The notes under the pieces were generated by a model. It did not search any database, was not told where the DNA came from, and worked only from the letters and a program-made list of their open reading frames with translations. Below, piece by piece: positions 49,131-59,430 of a stretch of 64,000 bases of DNA. The stretch is taken from NCBI GenBank assembly GCA_964343205.1, contig CAYFID010000001.1, positions 10,835 through 74,834 of the forward strand, read 5' to 3'. Made by a program: the position numbers and the translations under genes. Position 1 is the stretch's first letter. The number at the start of each line of letters is the position of its first letter. Source of the DNA: an uncultured Candidatus Poseidoniales archaeon (GTDB lineage: Archaea; Thermoplasmatota; Poseidoniia; Poseidoniales; Thalassarchaeaceae).

Positions 49131-50141
49131 ATGGCAAACATGAACATGATACAGTCCCTGAACAGTGCACTAGACAATATGCTCGAAAAGGACCCTAATG
49201 TGATAGTCTTCGGAGAGGATGTAGGATACTTCGGCGGAGTCTTCAGAACAACTGACGGGTTACAGGAAAAGCACGGAGACCATCGAGTATTCGACTCCCC
49301 CCTTTCCGAAGGGGGAATAGCCGCAACAGCATTCGGGATGGGATTGAATGGACTTAGACCAGTCGTGGAGATTCAGTTCGCCGACTACATTTTCCCGGCA
49401 TACGACCAGATAGTAAACGAGATGGCAAAGGTCCGGCATCGCTCCGGGGGAGAATACTGGTCTCCTGTGACTCTCAGAACACCTGCAGGAGGCGGAATAA
49501 GGGGTGGCCATCATCACTCCCAATCTCCCGAGTCTCAGTTTACCCATACCCCAGGTCTTAAGGTGGTTTACTGCTCTACACCATACAATGCAAAGGGTTT
49601 GTTGATTAGCTCAATTGAAAGCAATGACCCAGTAGTATTCTTCGAGCCCAAGAGGTGCTACAGGGGACCTTTCTATGGGGATCCGCATAAAGTTCCAACA
49701 TGGGCGGATCACCCCGAGGCGGAGGTCCCAGAGAATCACTTCAGCATCCCGCTTGGGCAGGCAAGACTGGCCATGGAGGGGAATGATTGTACAGTCATTG
49801 CCTGGGGAGCAATGGTCCACGTTTGTGAGCAGACCATAAGGGATAGCGACGTTTCTTGCGATTTGATCGACCTACAAACGCTATTGCCCTGGGATAAGGA
49901 TGCAATTGTCCAGTCTGTAGAAAAGACTGGTAGATGCGTGATAGTCCACGAGGCCCCCAAGACCAGTGGATTCGGGGCCGAGATGGCAGCTTCGATACAG
50001 GAGAGATGCTTCTACCACCTTGAATGCCCGATAGAGAGGGTCACTGGCTGGGACACGCCTTTCCCCCATACTACTGAATGGGATTACATGCCCGGGCCAT
50101 CTAGGATTGCCGCGGCGATACATCGTACACAGGAGGACTAA
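49131..50141 (+). CDS. 2-oxoacid dehydrogenase E1 component beta subunit
   Basis: Transketolase-like pyrimidine-binding and C-terminal domains; VIVFGEDVGYFGGVFR, E1beta fold. Confidence 0.85.
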   Translation: MANMNMIQSLNSALDNMLEKDPNVIVFGEDVGYFGGVFRTTDGLQEKHGDHRVFDSPLSEGGIAATAFGMGLNGLRPVVEIQFADYIFPAYDQIVNEMAKVRHRSGGEYWSPVTLRTPAGGGIRGGHHHSQSPESQFTHTPGLKVVYCSTPYNAKGLLISSIESNDPVVFFEPKRCYRGPFYGDPHKVPTWADHPEAEVPENHFSIPLGQARLAMEGNDCTVIAWGAMVHVCEQTIRDSDVSCDLIDLQTLLPWDKDAIVQSVEKTGRCVIVHEAPKTSGFGAEMAASIQERCFYHLECPIERVTGWDTPFPHTTEWDYMPGPSRIAAAIHRTQED

Positions 50142-50142
50142 G

Positions 50143-51417
50143 ATGGGAAATTTCGTTTTCAAGCTCCCGGACATAGGCGAGGGAGTGGTAGAGGGAGAGG
50201 TGGTTCAATGGCATGTTTCTGTTGGAGATTCTGTGTCTGAGGACGATCCAATTGTGGATGTAATGACGGACAAGGCAACCGTGACAATTCCATCCCCAGT
50301 GAGCGGAGTCGTGAGCTCCTTGAGCGGAGGGGTCGGGGATATGATTGCAGTAGGTTCAACATTATTGGAAATTGACTCCGATGTAGGCCCTTCTGCAGAG
50401 GAAGAAAGAGTAGAAGAGGCGGTTCCCGAGGAAGAAGAGGTTCCAGAGGAAGGGGCGGGGGAGGAGCCCACTGCACCTACTCCAGACCCACAACCAATGA
50501 AGGAAGCTACTCAACGTGTTAAGGACACCACACAGAAGACTTCCGGAAGAGTTCTGGCTAGTCCTGCGGTTAGGAAGCGTGCCAGAGAAGGAGGCGTGGA
50601 CCTGAGCATGGTAAGGGGTTCGGGCCCTGCAAGCAGGATTAGGCACGCGGATCTGGACGCATACATGGCGGCTGACGGTACCGTTTCAGGTGCACCTCCT
50701 GCGGCATATTCTACTAAGAGAACCGATGTTACCCAGGTGAAGGTAGTAGGACTAAGAAGAAGGATCTCAGAGCAGATGTCCCTCAGCAAGAGCAGGATTC
50801 CGCATTTCTCATACTTCGAAGAGGTTGATGTCACCGAGCTAGAATCACTTAGGGGATTATTGAACTCCACTAAGGACGACTCCCAGCCAAAGTTAACTTA
50901 CCTTCCATTCATCATGCTGGCACTTTCCAAGATTTTGCCGGACCATCCCGAATGCAATGCTCATTTCGATGACGATGGGGGAGTTGTAAACAGACATGCA
51001 GCGGTGAACCTAGGAATTGCCACTCAAACCGAAAGAGGGTTGTATGTCCCAGTAGTGAAGCACGTTGAGGCAATGGACATATGGAGGGCTGCTTCGGAAA
51101 TGCAGAGGATCTCAACAGCAGCAAGGGACGGTACTGCGAGCTTGGACGAGCTGACGGGATCGACTCTAACCATCACTAGCCTTGGCAGAGAGGGAGGGCT
51201 TGGTGCAACTCCAATCATTAACCACCCTGAAGTAGCCATCCTAGGAGTACACAAGGCTAGGGAAATGCCCGTGGTTAGGGACGGGCAGATAGTAGTCCGC
51301 AGAATCATGAACCTTTCGAGCGCATTCGACCATAGGGTTGTGGACGGCGCGGACGGTGCTTCACTAATTCAGCACCTAAGGAGGATGCTGGAGAATCCAG
51401 CGCTAATCTTCATGTGA
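50143..51417 (+). CDS. Dihydrolipoamide acyltransferase E2 component
   Basis: Lipoyl domain (VMTDKATVTIPSPVSG with the lipoyl-Lys), Ala/Pro/Glu-rich linker, peripheral-subunit-binding domain, and catalytic DHRVVDG at the C-terminus. The ATG at 50143 directly follows the E1beta stop. Confidence 0.85.
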   Translation: MGNFVFKLPDIGEGVVEGEVVQWHVSVGDSVSEDDPIVDVMTDKATVTIPSPVSGVVSSLSGGVGDMIAVGSTLLEIDSDVGPSAEEERVEEAVPEEEEVPEEGAGEEPTAPTPDPQPMKEATQRVKDTTQKTSGRVLASPAVRKRAREGGVDLSMVRGSGPASRIRHADLDAYMAADGTVSGAPPAAYSTKRTDVTQVKVVGLRRRISEQMSLSKSRIPHFSYFEEVDVTELESLRGLLNSTKDDSQPKLTYLPFIMLALSKILPDHPECNAHFDDDGGVVNRHAAVNLGIATQTERGLYVPVVKHVEAMDIWRAASEMQRISTAARDGTASLDELTGSTLTITSLGREGGLGATPIINHPEVAILGVHKAREMPVVRDGQIVVRRIMNLSSAFDHRVVDGADGASLIQHLRRMLENPALIFM

Positions 51418-51427
51418 GGGACCTGAT

Positions 51428-52864
51428 ATGGGTGAGTCACGAAAGTGCCAAGTTCTGGTAATTGGAGCAGGGCCAGGAGGCTATGTTGCAGGAATAAGGG
51501 CCGCACAGCTAGGTCTCGAGACAATCGTCATCGAGGGCGATAAGGCCGGAGGGACCTGCCTAATCAGAGGTTGCATACCCAGCAAGGCAATTATTCACGC
51601 CGCGGAAAGGTTCGAGTCACTTCGACAGCACTCTGCGGAGGGCGGACATATGGGCCTATCCGTGGACGGAGTTCCAGAAGTTGACATGGCCGCGCTAGTT
51701 TCCTGGAAGGACTCGATAGTAGATAGGCTGAACAAGGGAGTGGAGGGGCTCCTAAAGGCCGCAGGTGCAGAGCTAATCAGTGGATGGGCCAGTTTCGAAG
51801 GGCCAAAGAAGTGCACTGTTGACACAGCAGACGGCAAGGTGAATATAGAGCCGGAGAATATCATTCTGGCCACAGGATCCAGTCACATAGACCTGCCATT
51901 CATGCCCTGCGACGAAGAATTCGTACTCTCGTCGACAGGAGCCTTGGACTTGGACAAGCTGCCCAAGAGTGCGGCTATTGTAGGAGGGGGCTACATAGGC
52001 CTTGAGCTAGGCTGCGCATTGGCCAAACTCGGCACAGAAGTGACAGTTGTGGAGGGTTTGGAGAGCATCCTAGGCATAATGGACAAGGAAATCAGGAGAC
52101 CACTGGAGCTCTGGCTGAAGAAGCATGGGGTCAAGGTCCACACAGAAGCGCTAGCCAGGGGGGCCGAGGTCAAAGGAAAAGGCGCATCCAGGAAGGTAGA
52201 GTTAACATTCGAGAAGGACGGATCTGAACACAAAGTGAAAGTCGACAAGGTACTAGTAACAGTGGGAAGGAAGCCCAACACTAGGGGGTGGGGGTTGGAA
52301 AATACAGGAGTAAGGATGGACACCTCTGGTCGCTTCATCAGGACGGACAGGCAGTGCAGAACCTCTGTGCCCGGAGTCTATGCCATAGGGGATGTAGCGG
52401 GAGAACCGATGCTGGCCCACAAGGCTAGTGCCGAGGGAGAGATGGTTGCGGAGATAATTGCGGGCCACAAGCGCGAATTTGACAAGGTTGCCATTCCAGC
52501 AATTGTATTCACAGAGCCAGAAATAGTGTCTGTTGGGCTTACTCCGGAGGAAGCCCAGGAAAGAGGCGAGGAAGTAATCGTTGGAAAGTTCCCTCTGGCT
52601 GCCAATGGTCGAGCACTTAGCATAGAGGCAGAGAAGACTGGTGGATTCATCCGAGTAACTGCTAGGGAGTCTGACCACGTTATTCTGGGAGTTCAGGCTG
52701 TGGGGAGCCACGTCGCAGAGCTACATGCGGAATTCGTACTGGCCCTTGAAATGGGGGCCCTTCTTGAAGACGTGGCTGGTACTGTACACGCTCACCCGAC
52801 CATGGCAGAGTCATTCCACGAGGGAGTTCTCAAGACCCTCGGGCATGCGATTCACATAAGCTGA
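51428..52864 (+). CDS. lpdA: Dihydrolipoamide dehydrogenase E3
   Basis: FAD motif VIGAGPGGYVA, redox-active disulfide GGTCLIRGCIPSK, NAD-binding GGGYIGLE, and a C-terminal dimerisation domain with HAHPT. Confidence 0.9.
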   Translation: MGESRKCQVLVIGAGPGGYVAGIRAAQLGLETIVIEGDKAGGTCLIRGCIPSKAIIHAAERFESLRQHSAEGGHMGLSVDGVPEVDMAALVSWKDSIVDRLNKGVEGLLKAAGAELISGWASFEGPKKCTVDTADGKVNIEPENIILATGSSHIDLPFMPCDEEFVLSSTGALDLDKLPKSAAIVGGGYIGLELGCALAKLGTEVTVVEGLESILGIMDKEIRRPLELWLKKHGVKVHTEALARGAEVKGKGASRKVELTFEKDGSEHKVKVDKVLVTVGRKPNTRGWGLENTGVRMDTSGRFIRTDRQCRTSVPGVYAIGDVAGEPMLAHKASAEGEMVAEIIAGHKREFDKVAIPAIVFTEPEIVSVGLTPEEAQERGEEVIVGKFPLAANGRALSIEAEKTGGFIRVTARESDHVILGVQAVGSHVAELHAEFVLALEMGALLEDVAGTVHAHPTMAESFHEGVLKTLGHAIHIS

Positions 52865-52873
52865 GGTGGTTGG

Positions 52874-53548
52874 ATGGGTCGAATCAGAGTCATCGGGTGC
52901 GGAGTCGTTGAACATGGAGAAATGTCTGATAGGATGAAGACACTTCAGCAACAGAGAATCAAAGACCAGATCCCGGACACTCTAATCTTCGTCGAGCATC
53001 CCGAAATAGTAACTATCGGCCCCAAGGCAGAAAGAGAAGGGGTGGTTGTAGATGGATACCCGACTTCGTTGACCGACAGAGGTGGTGGCATAACCTGGCA
53101 CGGTCCGGGCCAGCTAGTTGTGTACCCCATCGTAAAATGGAATGTGGGGGAGCAGAGCGTAAGAGGGGTTATCGAAAGACTAGAAGACTGGTCAATTGAG
53201 GCATTGTCTGATTGCGGAGTTAATGCCTACAAGGACCCCAAAATGCAGGGTGCTTGGGTTGACGGTCACAAGGTCTGCTCAATCGGCCTTTCGTTCCTGC
53301 ACTGGGTGAGTCGGCACGGGATGTCGATCAACATCGACACACCCGGAACAAGGGTGGAGGATTTGGAGGGCTGTGGGATCACTGCCGGAACTCACTCCAG
53401 TCTGGCAAAGCTAGGATACTCGTATGATTCGAATGGGACCATCATAGACCTAGATAGGGTCAAGAAGAGCCTGATTTATTCATGCGAGAAGCACCTCGGA
53501 AGAAAGCCTGAGATGGAAGTTGACTGGACGCCGGAGATGACAGCATGA
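52874..53548 (+). CDS. lipB: Lipoyl(octanoyl) transferase
   Basis: RGGGITWHGPGQLVVYPI and KVCSIGL match the LipB catalytic region. Confidence 0.8.
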   Translation: MGRIRVIGCGVVEHGEMSDRMKTLQQQRIKDQIPDTLIFVEHPEIVTIGPKAEREGVVVDGYPTSLTDRGGGITWHGPGQLVVYPIVKWNVGEQSVRGVIERLEDWSIEALSDCGVNAYKDPKMQGAWVDGHKVCSIGLSFLHWVSRHGMSINIDTPGTRVEDLEGCGITAGTHSSLAKLGYSYDSNGTIIDLDRVKKSLIYSCEKHLGRKPEMEVDWTPEMTA

Positions 53549-54735
53549 ACAGGCCCCAGAGGGGAAGCCTAGCCGTTCACTGGTCACTAGACCCGAACAT
53601 CACTTTCCTAAATCACGGATCTTTCGGAGCCACACCAATTGCAGTAATGGAAGAACAATCGAAGATTCGCTCACAGATGGAAAGGGACCCAGTACGATTC
53701 TTCGAGAGAGATTTCCTAGGATTAATGGCCTCTTCTAGGGAGGCCCTAGCAGACTTTCTGAATGCTGATCCGGATGGATTGGTCTTCGTCAAGAATGCCA
53801 CAGAGGGAGTCAACACAATTCTTCGTAGCCTAAGTCTAGGGGAGGGAGACGAAATCATTGTGCCCGATCACAGCTACCAGGCATGCTGGAATGCAGTTGA
53901 CTTCGTAACGCAGAGATCTGGGGCCAAGACAGTAGTGGTGGACATCCCATTCAGGGTTCAGAGTGAGTCCGAGATTGTTGACCTGATTATGGGGGCGGTG
54001 ACTGAGAAAACCGTACTTGCGCTAGTTGACACTGTGACCAGCCCCACAGGATTGAGGATGCCATTCGAGGAGCTAGTAGGTAAGTTGCAGAAGTCGGGAG
54101 TAGACGTCCTACTAGATGCGGCTCACGGGCCAGGGATAGTACCACTAGACCTGGGTGATTTAGGAGTCGCATACTGCACTGGCAACTGCCACAAGTGGAT
54201 ATGCACCCCTAAGGGATCAGCATTCCTACACATCAGGCACGACAGGAAGAGTCGTATTCGCCCGCTCAGCATTGGCCATGGGGCCAGTTTTCAGGGAAGC
54301 GATCAAGAGAAGTTCGAATATGAGTTTGGTTGGCCGGGAACCCAAGATCCGACACCATGGCTTTGCATCCCTAAGGCCCTAGAGTACATTGGAGGACTAG
54401 TCGATGGTGGGTGGCCCTCAATAATGAAGAGTAACAGAAATTTGGCACTCGAGGGAAGAAGAGCAATTTGTGAAGTATTGGGAACCGACCCCCCCGTCCC
54501 GGAATCCATGGTCTCTTCTATTGCTGCTGTGGAGATGCCCGAGGACGGCGAGGTGGGGCCGATGAGCTTCGAGGGAGATCCTTTCCACAACTCCCTACTC
54601 GATGATTATGGTATCCAAGTCCCTGTCTTCCCTTGGATGCACCATGGTACCAGATACATCAGAGTCTCGGCACAACTCTACAACCACTTAGATGAGTATG
54701 TTTTCCTCGCTGACGCACTGAAAGAAACCCTGTGA
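53545..54735 (+). CDS. Class-V (fold type I) PLP-dependent aminotransferase/epimerase-like enzyme
   Basis: PLP-lysine region CTGNCHKWICTPKGSAFL; overall class V layout; overlaps the lipB stop by 4 nt. Confidence 0.7.
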   Translation: MNRPQRGSLAVHWSLDPNITFLNHGSFGATPIAVMEEQSKIRSQMERDPVRFFERDFLGLMASSREALADFLNADPDGLVFVKNATEGVNTILRSLSLGEGDEIIVPDHSYQACWNAVDFVTQRSGAKTVVVDIPFRVQSESEIVDLIMGAVTEKTVLALVDTVTSPTGLRMPFEELVGKLQKSGVDVLLDAAHGPGIVPLDLGDLGVAYCTGNCHKWICTPKGSAFLHIRHDRKSRIRPLSIGHGASFQGSDQEKFEYEFGWPGTQDPTPWLCIPKALEYIGGLVDGGWPSIMKSNRNLALEGRRAICEVLGTDPPVPESMVSSIAAVEMPEDGEVGPMSFEGDPFHNSLLDDYGIQVPVFPWMHHGTRYIRVSAQLYNHLDEYVFLADALKETL

Positions 54736-54778
54736 AAAAAAGCAACCCTTCAAGGAGTGGACATGTGGCCCTATAGCC

Positions 54779-55360
54779 ATGCCAGAGGCAGTGGTAGCTC
54801 TAACCGGGGCATCCGGATCGAGCTACGCCGTGAGGCTAATTGACTCTCTAATTGATCATGGGTGGTCTGTCAATCTTATCGTAACGAGCAGTGGAGCGAT
54901 TAACTTGGACTTGGAATGCAGCATCACCCCAGAGGAGCTGGCGGCCAAAGAAGGAGTAGTCCTAGAGGACAACAATAATCTCGCTGCCAGAGCCGCATCA
55001 GGGTCGGCAAGATTCGACGCCTACGTGATTTGTCCGGCCAGTGGGACCACCATAGGAAAGATTGCTGCTGGCATAAGTGACAATCTTGCAACTAGGAGTG
55101 CCCTAGTCGCAATGAAGGAGAGGAGGAAACTGATCCTAATCCCCAGAGAGGCCCCTTACTCCACGCCCCATCTAAAGGCGATGGCTAATCTCTCAGAATG
55201 GGGGGTAGTCATACTCCCAGCTAGTCCTGGCTTCTACCATTCACCTGAAACCATAGGGGACATGATTGACTTCGTCGTGGCAAGGATTCTCGACCAACTA
55301 GGCATAGATCACACACTCGGGAAAAGATGGACGGGTGACGAAGTCCAGTCCAAAGACTGA
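54779..55360 (+). CDS. ubiX: UbiX/PAD1-family flavin prenyltransferase
   Basis: The N-terminus VVALTGASGSSYAVRLIDSL is a flavoprotein motif; length 193 aa. Confidence 0.8.
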   Translation: MPEAVVALTGASGSSYAVRLIDSLIDHGWSVNLIVTSSGAINLDLECSITPEELAAKEGVVLEDNNNLAARAASGSARFDAYVICPASGTTIGKIAAGISDNLATRSALVAMKERRKLILIPREAPYSTPHLKAMANLSEWGVVILPASPGFYHSPETIGDMIDFVVARILDQLGIDHTLGKRWTGDEVQSKD

Positions 55361-55424
55361 TGCGAAAGATGACTATGACTGGAATGGGTTCAATAGTAGC
55401 GGAAAGAGCTGAATTGCCGATAGC

Positions 55425-57182
55425 ATGACCGAGTGGTCTTCGAAAACAGTTCAGGAACTCAGGGACGAGTTGCGCTCCATGGGCCTGTCAGGATCGGGAA
55501 AAAAGGCCGATTTGGTTGAAAGGCTCCAAGAGAGTGAGGAAGCTAGCATAGCTATAGATGCAGAAATCGTAGAAGAGCCACCCTACGAGGGGGTTTCTGG
55601 TGTGCTGGCTAGGGCTAGGACATTCGGGATGAGGAATGCAGGAAGGTCTCGGATAAACACGATAGTTGTGGCTGCCATCATCATTATTGGAACGTCTGGA
55701 GGGGGGTTATTGTTCGGGGACGACATAGCAAGATGGATTAGAGGATCTCCGGATTACGAATTAATTGAGTTCGACTCCAACCAGACTAGATCGTTCGCAC
55801 AGGGTCTTGTGGACTTGGGGCATCCGGAGTGGGAAGGAAGGCTATCTGGCACAGTGGAGGAAGAGAACACGGCCCAGTCCATAAAGACCAACTTCTCGAA
55901 CAGCGGATTGCCCTCGATTCTCGACGAGTTTGAGGTGCCTCTGTACTATATGGGGAATCAGTTCGACCTCATGATTTGCCAGCCGGGAAACCTCGGGGGA
56001 ATAATTGGTGGCCCTACCCCATGCTCAATTGCCGACTTGAATAGAGATGAGACGGAATACGCACACAGGGTCGACTATGTCGTCCAGGGATATAGTGGAA
56101 GTGTGAATATACCTGCAAGCAGTAACGTCCAGGTGGTTGATCTTGGAATGGGCAACGAGTCAGAAGAGTGGGGTTCCGCGGGAAATGGAATCGGTCTGGT
56201 TTGGATTATGGATGGGCAGGAAGGTCAGCCTGGAACAGAAAGCAATACAATACTGATGGGAAGGGCCCAGGATAACAGCCTTAGAGGGCTTATCACTATC
56301 AACGCGAGGCAGAACTGTGATGACCTAGTGCAAGACGACTGCGTGCCTTACTCGAAGTCATTGGATATCACGCAGTTTGATGAGAAACCCTACGACATCG
56401 GTTTTGTCATGGTGTCGAAAAGTGTTGGTGAGACCATAGTCGACCAAGTAGTAAACGGGGATGGGATGCTCCAATTCCAAGTAGACGTAGAGAACCAGCA
56501 AGATGGCTACATACACGTCCCATGTGGAATCATCGAGGGTGAAACCGACGAGAAAATCATCATCGGGGCACATCATGACACTGTGTACAACGGACAAGGC
56601 GCTGTCGACAACACAGCAGGAACTGCCACGGTCCAAGAGATGGCTCGGCAGATGGCCCTTGTTAAGACGGAGCTTGGCGAGCCTAAGCTGACGATCTACT
56701 TCTGCACATGGGGAGGAGAGGAAGAGGGGCTATGGGGCTCTAGTGAATGGGTTCAAAAGTATCAGTCTGACCTTCAAGAGAATCTCAGACTTTACATCAA
56801 TCTAGACATGAACCATGTAGATGCCCAGAGGAACTCAGGCCTCACCCTACAAGGAAACAGCCCGGATGATGTGAGGCACATCGAAGGAATTGTCAGTAAA
56901 TTCTCGAAGGAGCACCCCGATTTGGCAAACAAGTACCCAATCAGCATAAGGCAGTTAGATTCTGAAGAAATGCCATACAACTCGGACCACGCTCCGTTCG
57001 TTTACAACCTATACGAAGGTAGTGAGGATGAAGGGGAATTCGGCAAGGCAATGTTATGCTATGGATCCGGTTCTTCGGAGTACCATACTTACCTGGACAC
57101 GATGGATAGGTTCAACGAAGAGAGCCTGATGGTTTCAGGAATTATCTACGGTTCACTAGTGCGTCACCTTGCATGGGACTAA
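55425..57182 (+). CDS. Membrane-anchored M28-family peptidase with an N-terminal cytoplasmic SAP domain
   Basis: SAP motif TVQELRDELRSMGLSGSGKKADLVERL. TM TIVVAAIIIIGTSGGGLLF. M28 motifs GAHHDTVYNGQGAVDNTAGTATVQEMARQ, GGEEEGLWGSSEW, NLDM and SDHAPF. Confidence 0.8.
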   Translation: MTEWSSKTVQELRDELRSMGLSGSGKKADLVERLQESEEASIAIDAEIVEEPPYEGVSGVLARARTFGMRNAGRSRINTIVVAAIIIIGTSGGGLLFGDDIARWIRGSPDYELIEFDSNQTRSFAQGLVDLGHPEWEGRLSGTVEEENTAQSIKTNFSNSGLPSILDEFEVPLYYMGNQFDLMICQPGNLGGIIGGPTPCSIADLNRDETEYAHRVDYVVQGYSGSVNIPASSNVQVVDLGMGNESEEWGSAGNGIGLVWIMDGQEGQPGTESNTILMGRAQDNSLRGLITINARQNCDDLVQDDCVPYSKSLDITQFDEKPYDIGFVMVSKSVGETIVDQVVNGDGMLQFQVDVENQQDGYIHVPCGIIEGETDEKIIIGAHHDTVYNGQGAVDNTAGTATVQEMARQMALVKTELGEPKLTIYFCTWGGEEEGLWGSSEWVQKYQSDLQENLRLYINLDMNHVDAQRNSGLTLQGNSPDDVRHIEGIVSKFSKEHPDLANKYPISIRQLDSEEMPYNSDHAPFVYNLYEGSEDEGEFGKAMLCYGSGSSEYHTYLDTMDRFNEESLMVSGIIYGSLVRHLAWD

Positions 57183-57640
57183 GTGGAACAGAACGATACT
57201 ACTGCATCATAATCCGGTTCCATCCCGGGGTTTTCCGCTACCCACGAATAACCTATTGCCCCATCTGGCTCGACTATGAAAACTGCTCTCTGCGAGGCCG
57301 TATATCCTGGAGCCCCAAAGTCGTGAATTGAAAGACCATAGGCCTCTATCGCAGATCTCTGGACGTCGCACAGAAGAGGGAATCCGATGCCCTTGGCATC
57401 TGCGAACTCCTTGTTGGCGAATACGTTGTCAGCAGATATGCCTAGAATCATCGCGTCTGCTTCGTTAAGCACCCCTAACGAGTCAGTAAAGTTGCAAAGC
57501 TCAGTGGAGCAGACTCCAGTGAATGCTGCTGGGTAGAATGCAAGAACGACTCTCTTGCCTATTTCGCTGAGAGTAACCATCGACCTATCTTGGGCAGCCA
57601 TCAGCGTGAAGTCGGGAGCAGCATCTCCTACGGAAACCAT
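57179..57640 (-). CDS. bcp: Peroxiredoxin (Bcp/PrxQ-like thiol peroxidase)
   Basis: FYPAAFTGVCSTELC contains the peroxidatic and resolving Cys; 153 aa. Confidence 0.8.
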   Translation of the reverse strand: MVSVGDAAPDFTLMAAQDRSMVTLSEIGKRVVLAFYPAAFTGVCSTELCNFTDSLGVLNEADAMILGISADNVFANKEFADAKGIGFPLLCDVQRSAIEAYGLSIHDFGAPGYTASQRAVFIVEPDGAIGYSWVAENPGMEPDYDAVVSFCST

Positions 57641-57680
57641 GATGCGCCGAGAGGTTTCTGATTTTCAAGATGACCTAGTC

Positions 57681-59429
57681 TCACATCCTCTCAGGAGTTC
57701 CAATTCCCAGTAGATTCAAGCCCATTCTTAGTTCCCTGGCAGTCAAGTCGCAAAGAGCTAGTCTTCCCAGTAAGATCTCGGAATCTTCAGAATTAAGGAC
57801 TGGGCAATTCTCGTAAAATGAAGCAAATGAAGAAGCTATGGAGTGCAAATGAGTGCATAGCTTGTGAGGGTTGAATGATGAAATTGAGTCTTCCACGGCA
57901 GACGGGAATTCGACCAGGCTCCTAGAGAGAGCGAGTTCATCAGAATGAGCGACATTGAATCTGGATCCGGAAAGCTCTCGTCGATCCCCGCCCCACCTTC
58001 TGAAAATGCTGCATATTCTTGCATGGGCGTACTGAAGATACGGGGCTGTGTTTCCATCAAATGAAAGCATCCCCTCCCAGTCAAAGATGTAGTCCTTGGT
58101 CCTCTCGGTGGACAAGTCGGCGTATTTCACAGCTCCAATCCCTACGGCCCTTGCAACTTCTGCCCTCTCTTCAGCAACCAAATCTGGATTCTTCTCTTTG
58201 ACGGCATTCTCTGCTCTTTTGACTGCCTCTTGAAGTAGATCATGTAGTTTGACCACCTCCCCCTCTCTGCTCTTCAGTACCTTTCCATCCGTATCTAGTA
58301 CCGAACCGAAATTTACGTGAATTGCTCTATGGGAATCGGACATGAATCCAGCTTGCCGAGCAACTTGGAAAACCATCTCGAAATGTTGCTTCTGGGGAGT
58401 TCCGACCACGTATAGGAATCCATCGCACCCGAGCCTCTCCACCCTGTCGATAATACAGGCTAAGTCAGATGTGCTGTAATTATACCCGCCATCCCCCTTC
58501 CTAATAATCATAGGAAGTGGTTCCCCTTCCCTGTTAACCCAACCTCCCGGGAAGACGACATCTGCGCCTTCGCTATTTTCTAGAATTCCCGCATTAGATA
58601 GCCTTTCTACAACTACCGGTAGAAGTTCTTGGTAGCTTGATTCTCCCATTATATCATCGTCGGTGAGTAGTACGTCTAGAATTGAGTAGACTTCGTTGAA
58701 ATACCTCATTGATTCGTCGACCAGAATCCTCCAGAGTCTCAGAGTCTCGAAGTCACCCCCTTGCAGTTGGACCACTCGATTCCTAGATCTCTCTGCGAAG
58801 GCTGCGTCGGAAACGAACTTGGCTCTAGCTTGTTTGTAGAAAGAGTCCAGGTCCCCCACCCCAAGATCATTGGCTGCTTGGTCCTCGCCTAAATCCAGCA
58901 GGTGCTCGATTAGCATGCCAAATGGAGTACCCCAGTCACCAACATGATTCTCACGAATTACATTGTGTCCCTTGAATTCAAGCATCCTGACAATTGTGTC
59001 GCCAATTACAGTAGACCTGAGGTGTCCGACATGCATCTCTTTGGCGACGTTTGGTGCGGAGTAGTCAACTGCGATGGTTTGGCTGCTTTCTGTTACGACC
59101 CCTATTCTGGGGTCGGAGAATAGTTTGGACAATTGCGTGGATAGCCAAGTTGGTTTTGCCTTAATATTCACGAATCCGCTGATAGAGGAAACGTCTGCGA
59201 TTTCATCAAGCCCACCTTTGACTAGAACGCATATTTCCTCGGCGATCTCTTTGGGCGGCCTATTCAGAATACTGGAAAGTGAGTGGCAGGGAAGAGCCAC
59301 ATCTCCATGGTCCTGGACAGTAGCCTTCCCGATTAGGGGCATCCATTTCGATTCTTTAATCCCTAGAGAGGTCATGGCCTTTGAAAATACTGGCAATGAC
59401 TCCGTGACGAGATTCCTAATCAAAACCAC
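57681..59429 (-). CDS. argS: Arginine--tRNA ligase
   Basis: Class I HIGH motif in PNVAKEMHVGHLRSTVIGD, and ArgRS N-terminal and anticodon-binding regions; 582 aa. Confidence 0.9.
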   Translation of the reverse strand: MVLIRNLVTESLPVFSKAMTSLGIKESKWMPLIGKATVQDHGDVALPCHSLSSILNRPPKEIAEEICVLVKGGLDEIADVSSISGFVNIKAKPTWLSTQLSKLFSDPRIGVVTESSQTIAVDYSAPNVAKEMHVGHLRSTVIGDTIVRMLEFKGHNVIRENHVGDWGTPFGMLIEHLLDLGEDQAANDLGVGDLDSFYKQARAKFVSDAAFAERSRNRVVQLQGGDFETLRLWRILVDESMRYFNEVYSILDVLLTDDDIMGESSYQELLPVVVERLSNAGILENSEGADVVFPGGWVNREGEPLPMIIRKGDGGYNYSTSDLACIIDRVERLGCDGFLYVVGTPQKQHFEMVFQVARQAGFMSDSHRAIHVNFGSVLDTDGKVLKSREGEVVKLHDLLQEAVKRAENAVKEKNPDLVAEERAEVARAVGIGAVKYADLSTERTKDYIFDWEGMLSFDGNTAPYLQYAHARICSIFRRWGGDRRELSGSRFNVAHSDELALSRSLVEFPSAVEDSISSFNPHKLCTHLHSIASSFASFYENCPVLNSEDSEILLGRLALCDLTARELRMGLNLLGIGTPERM

Positions 59430-59430
59430 C

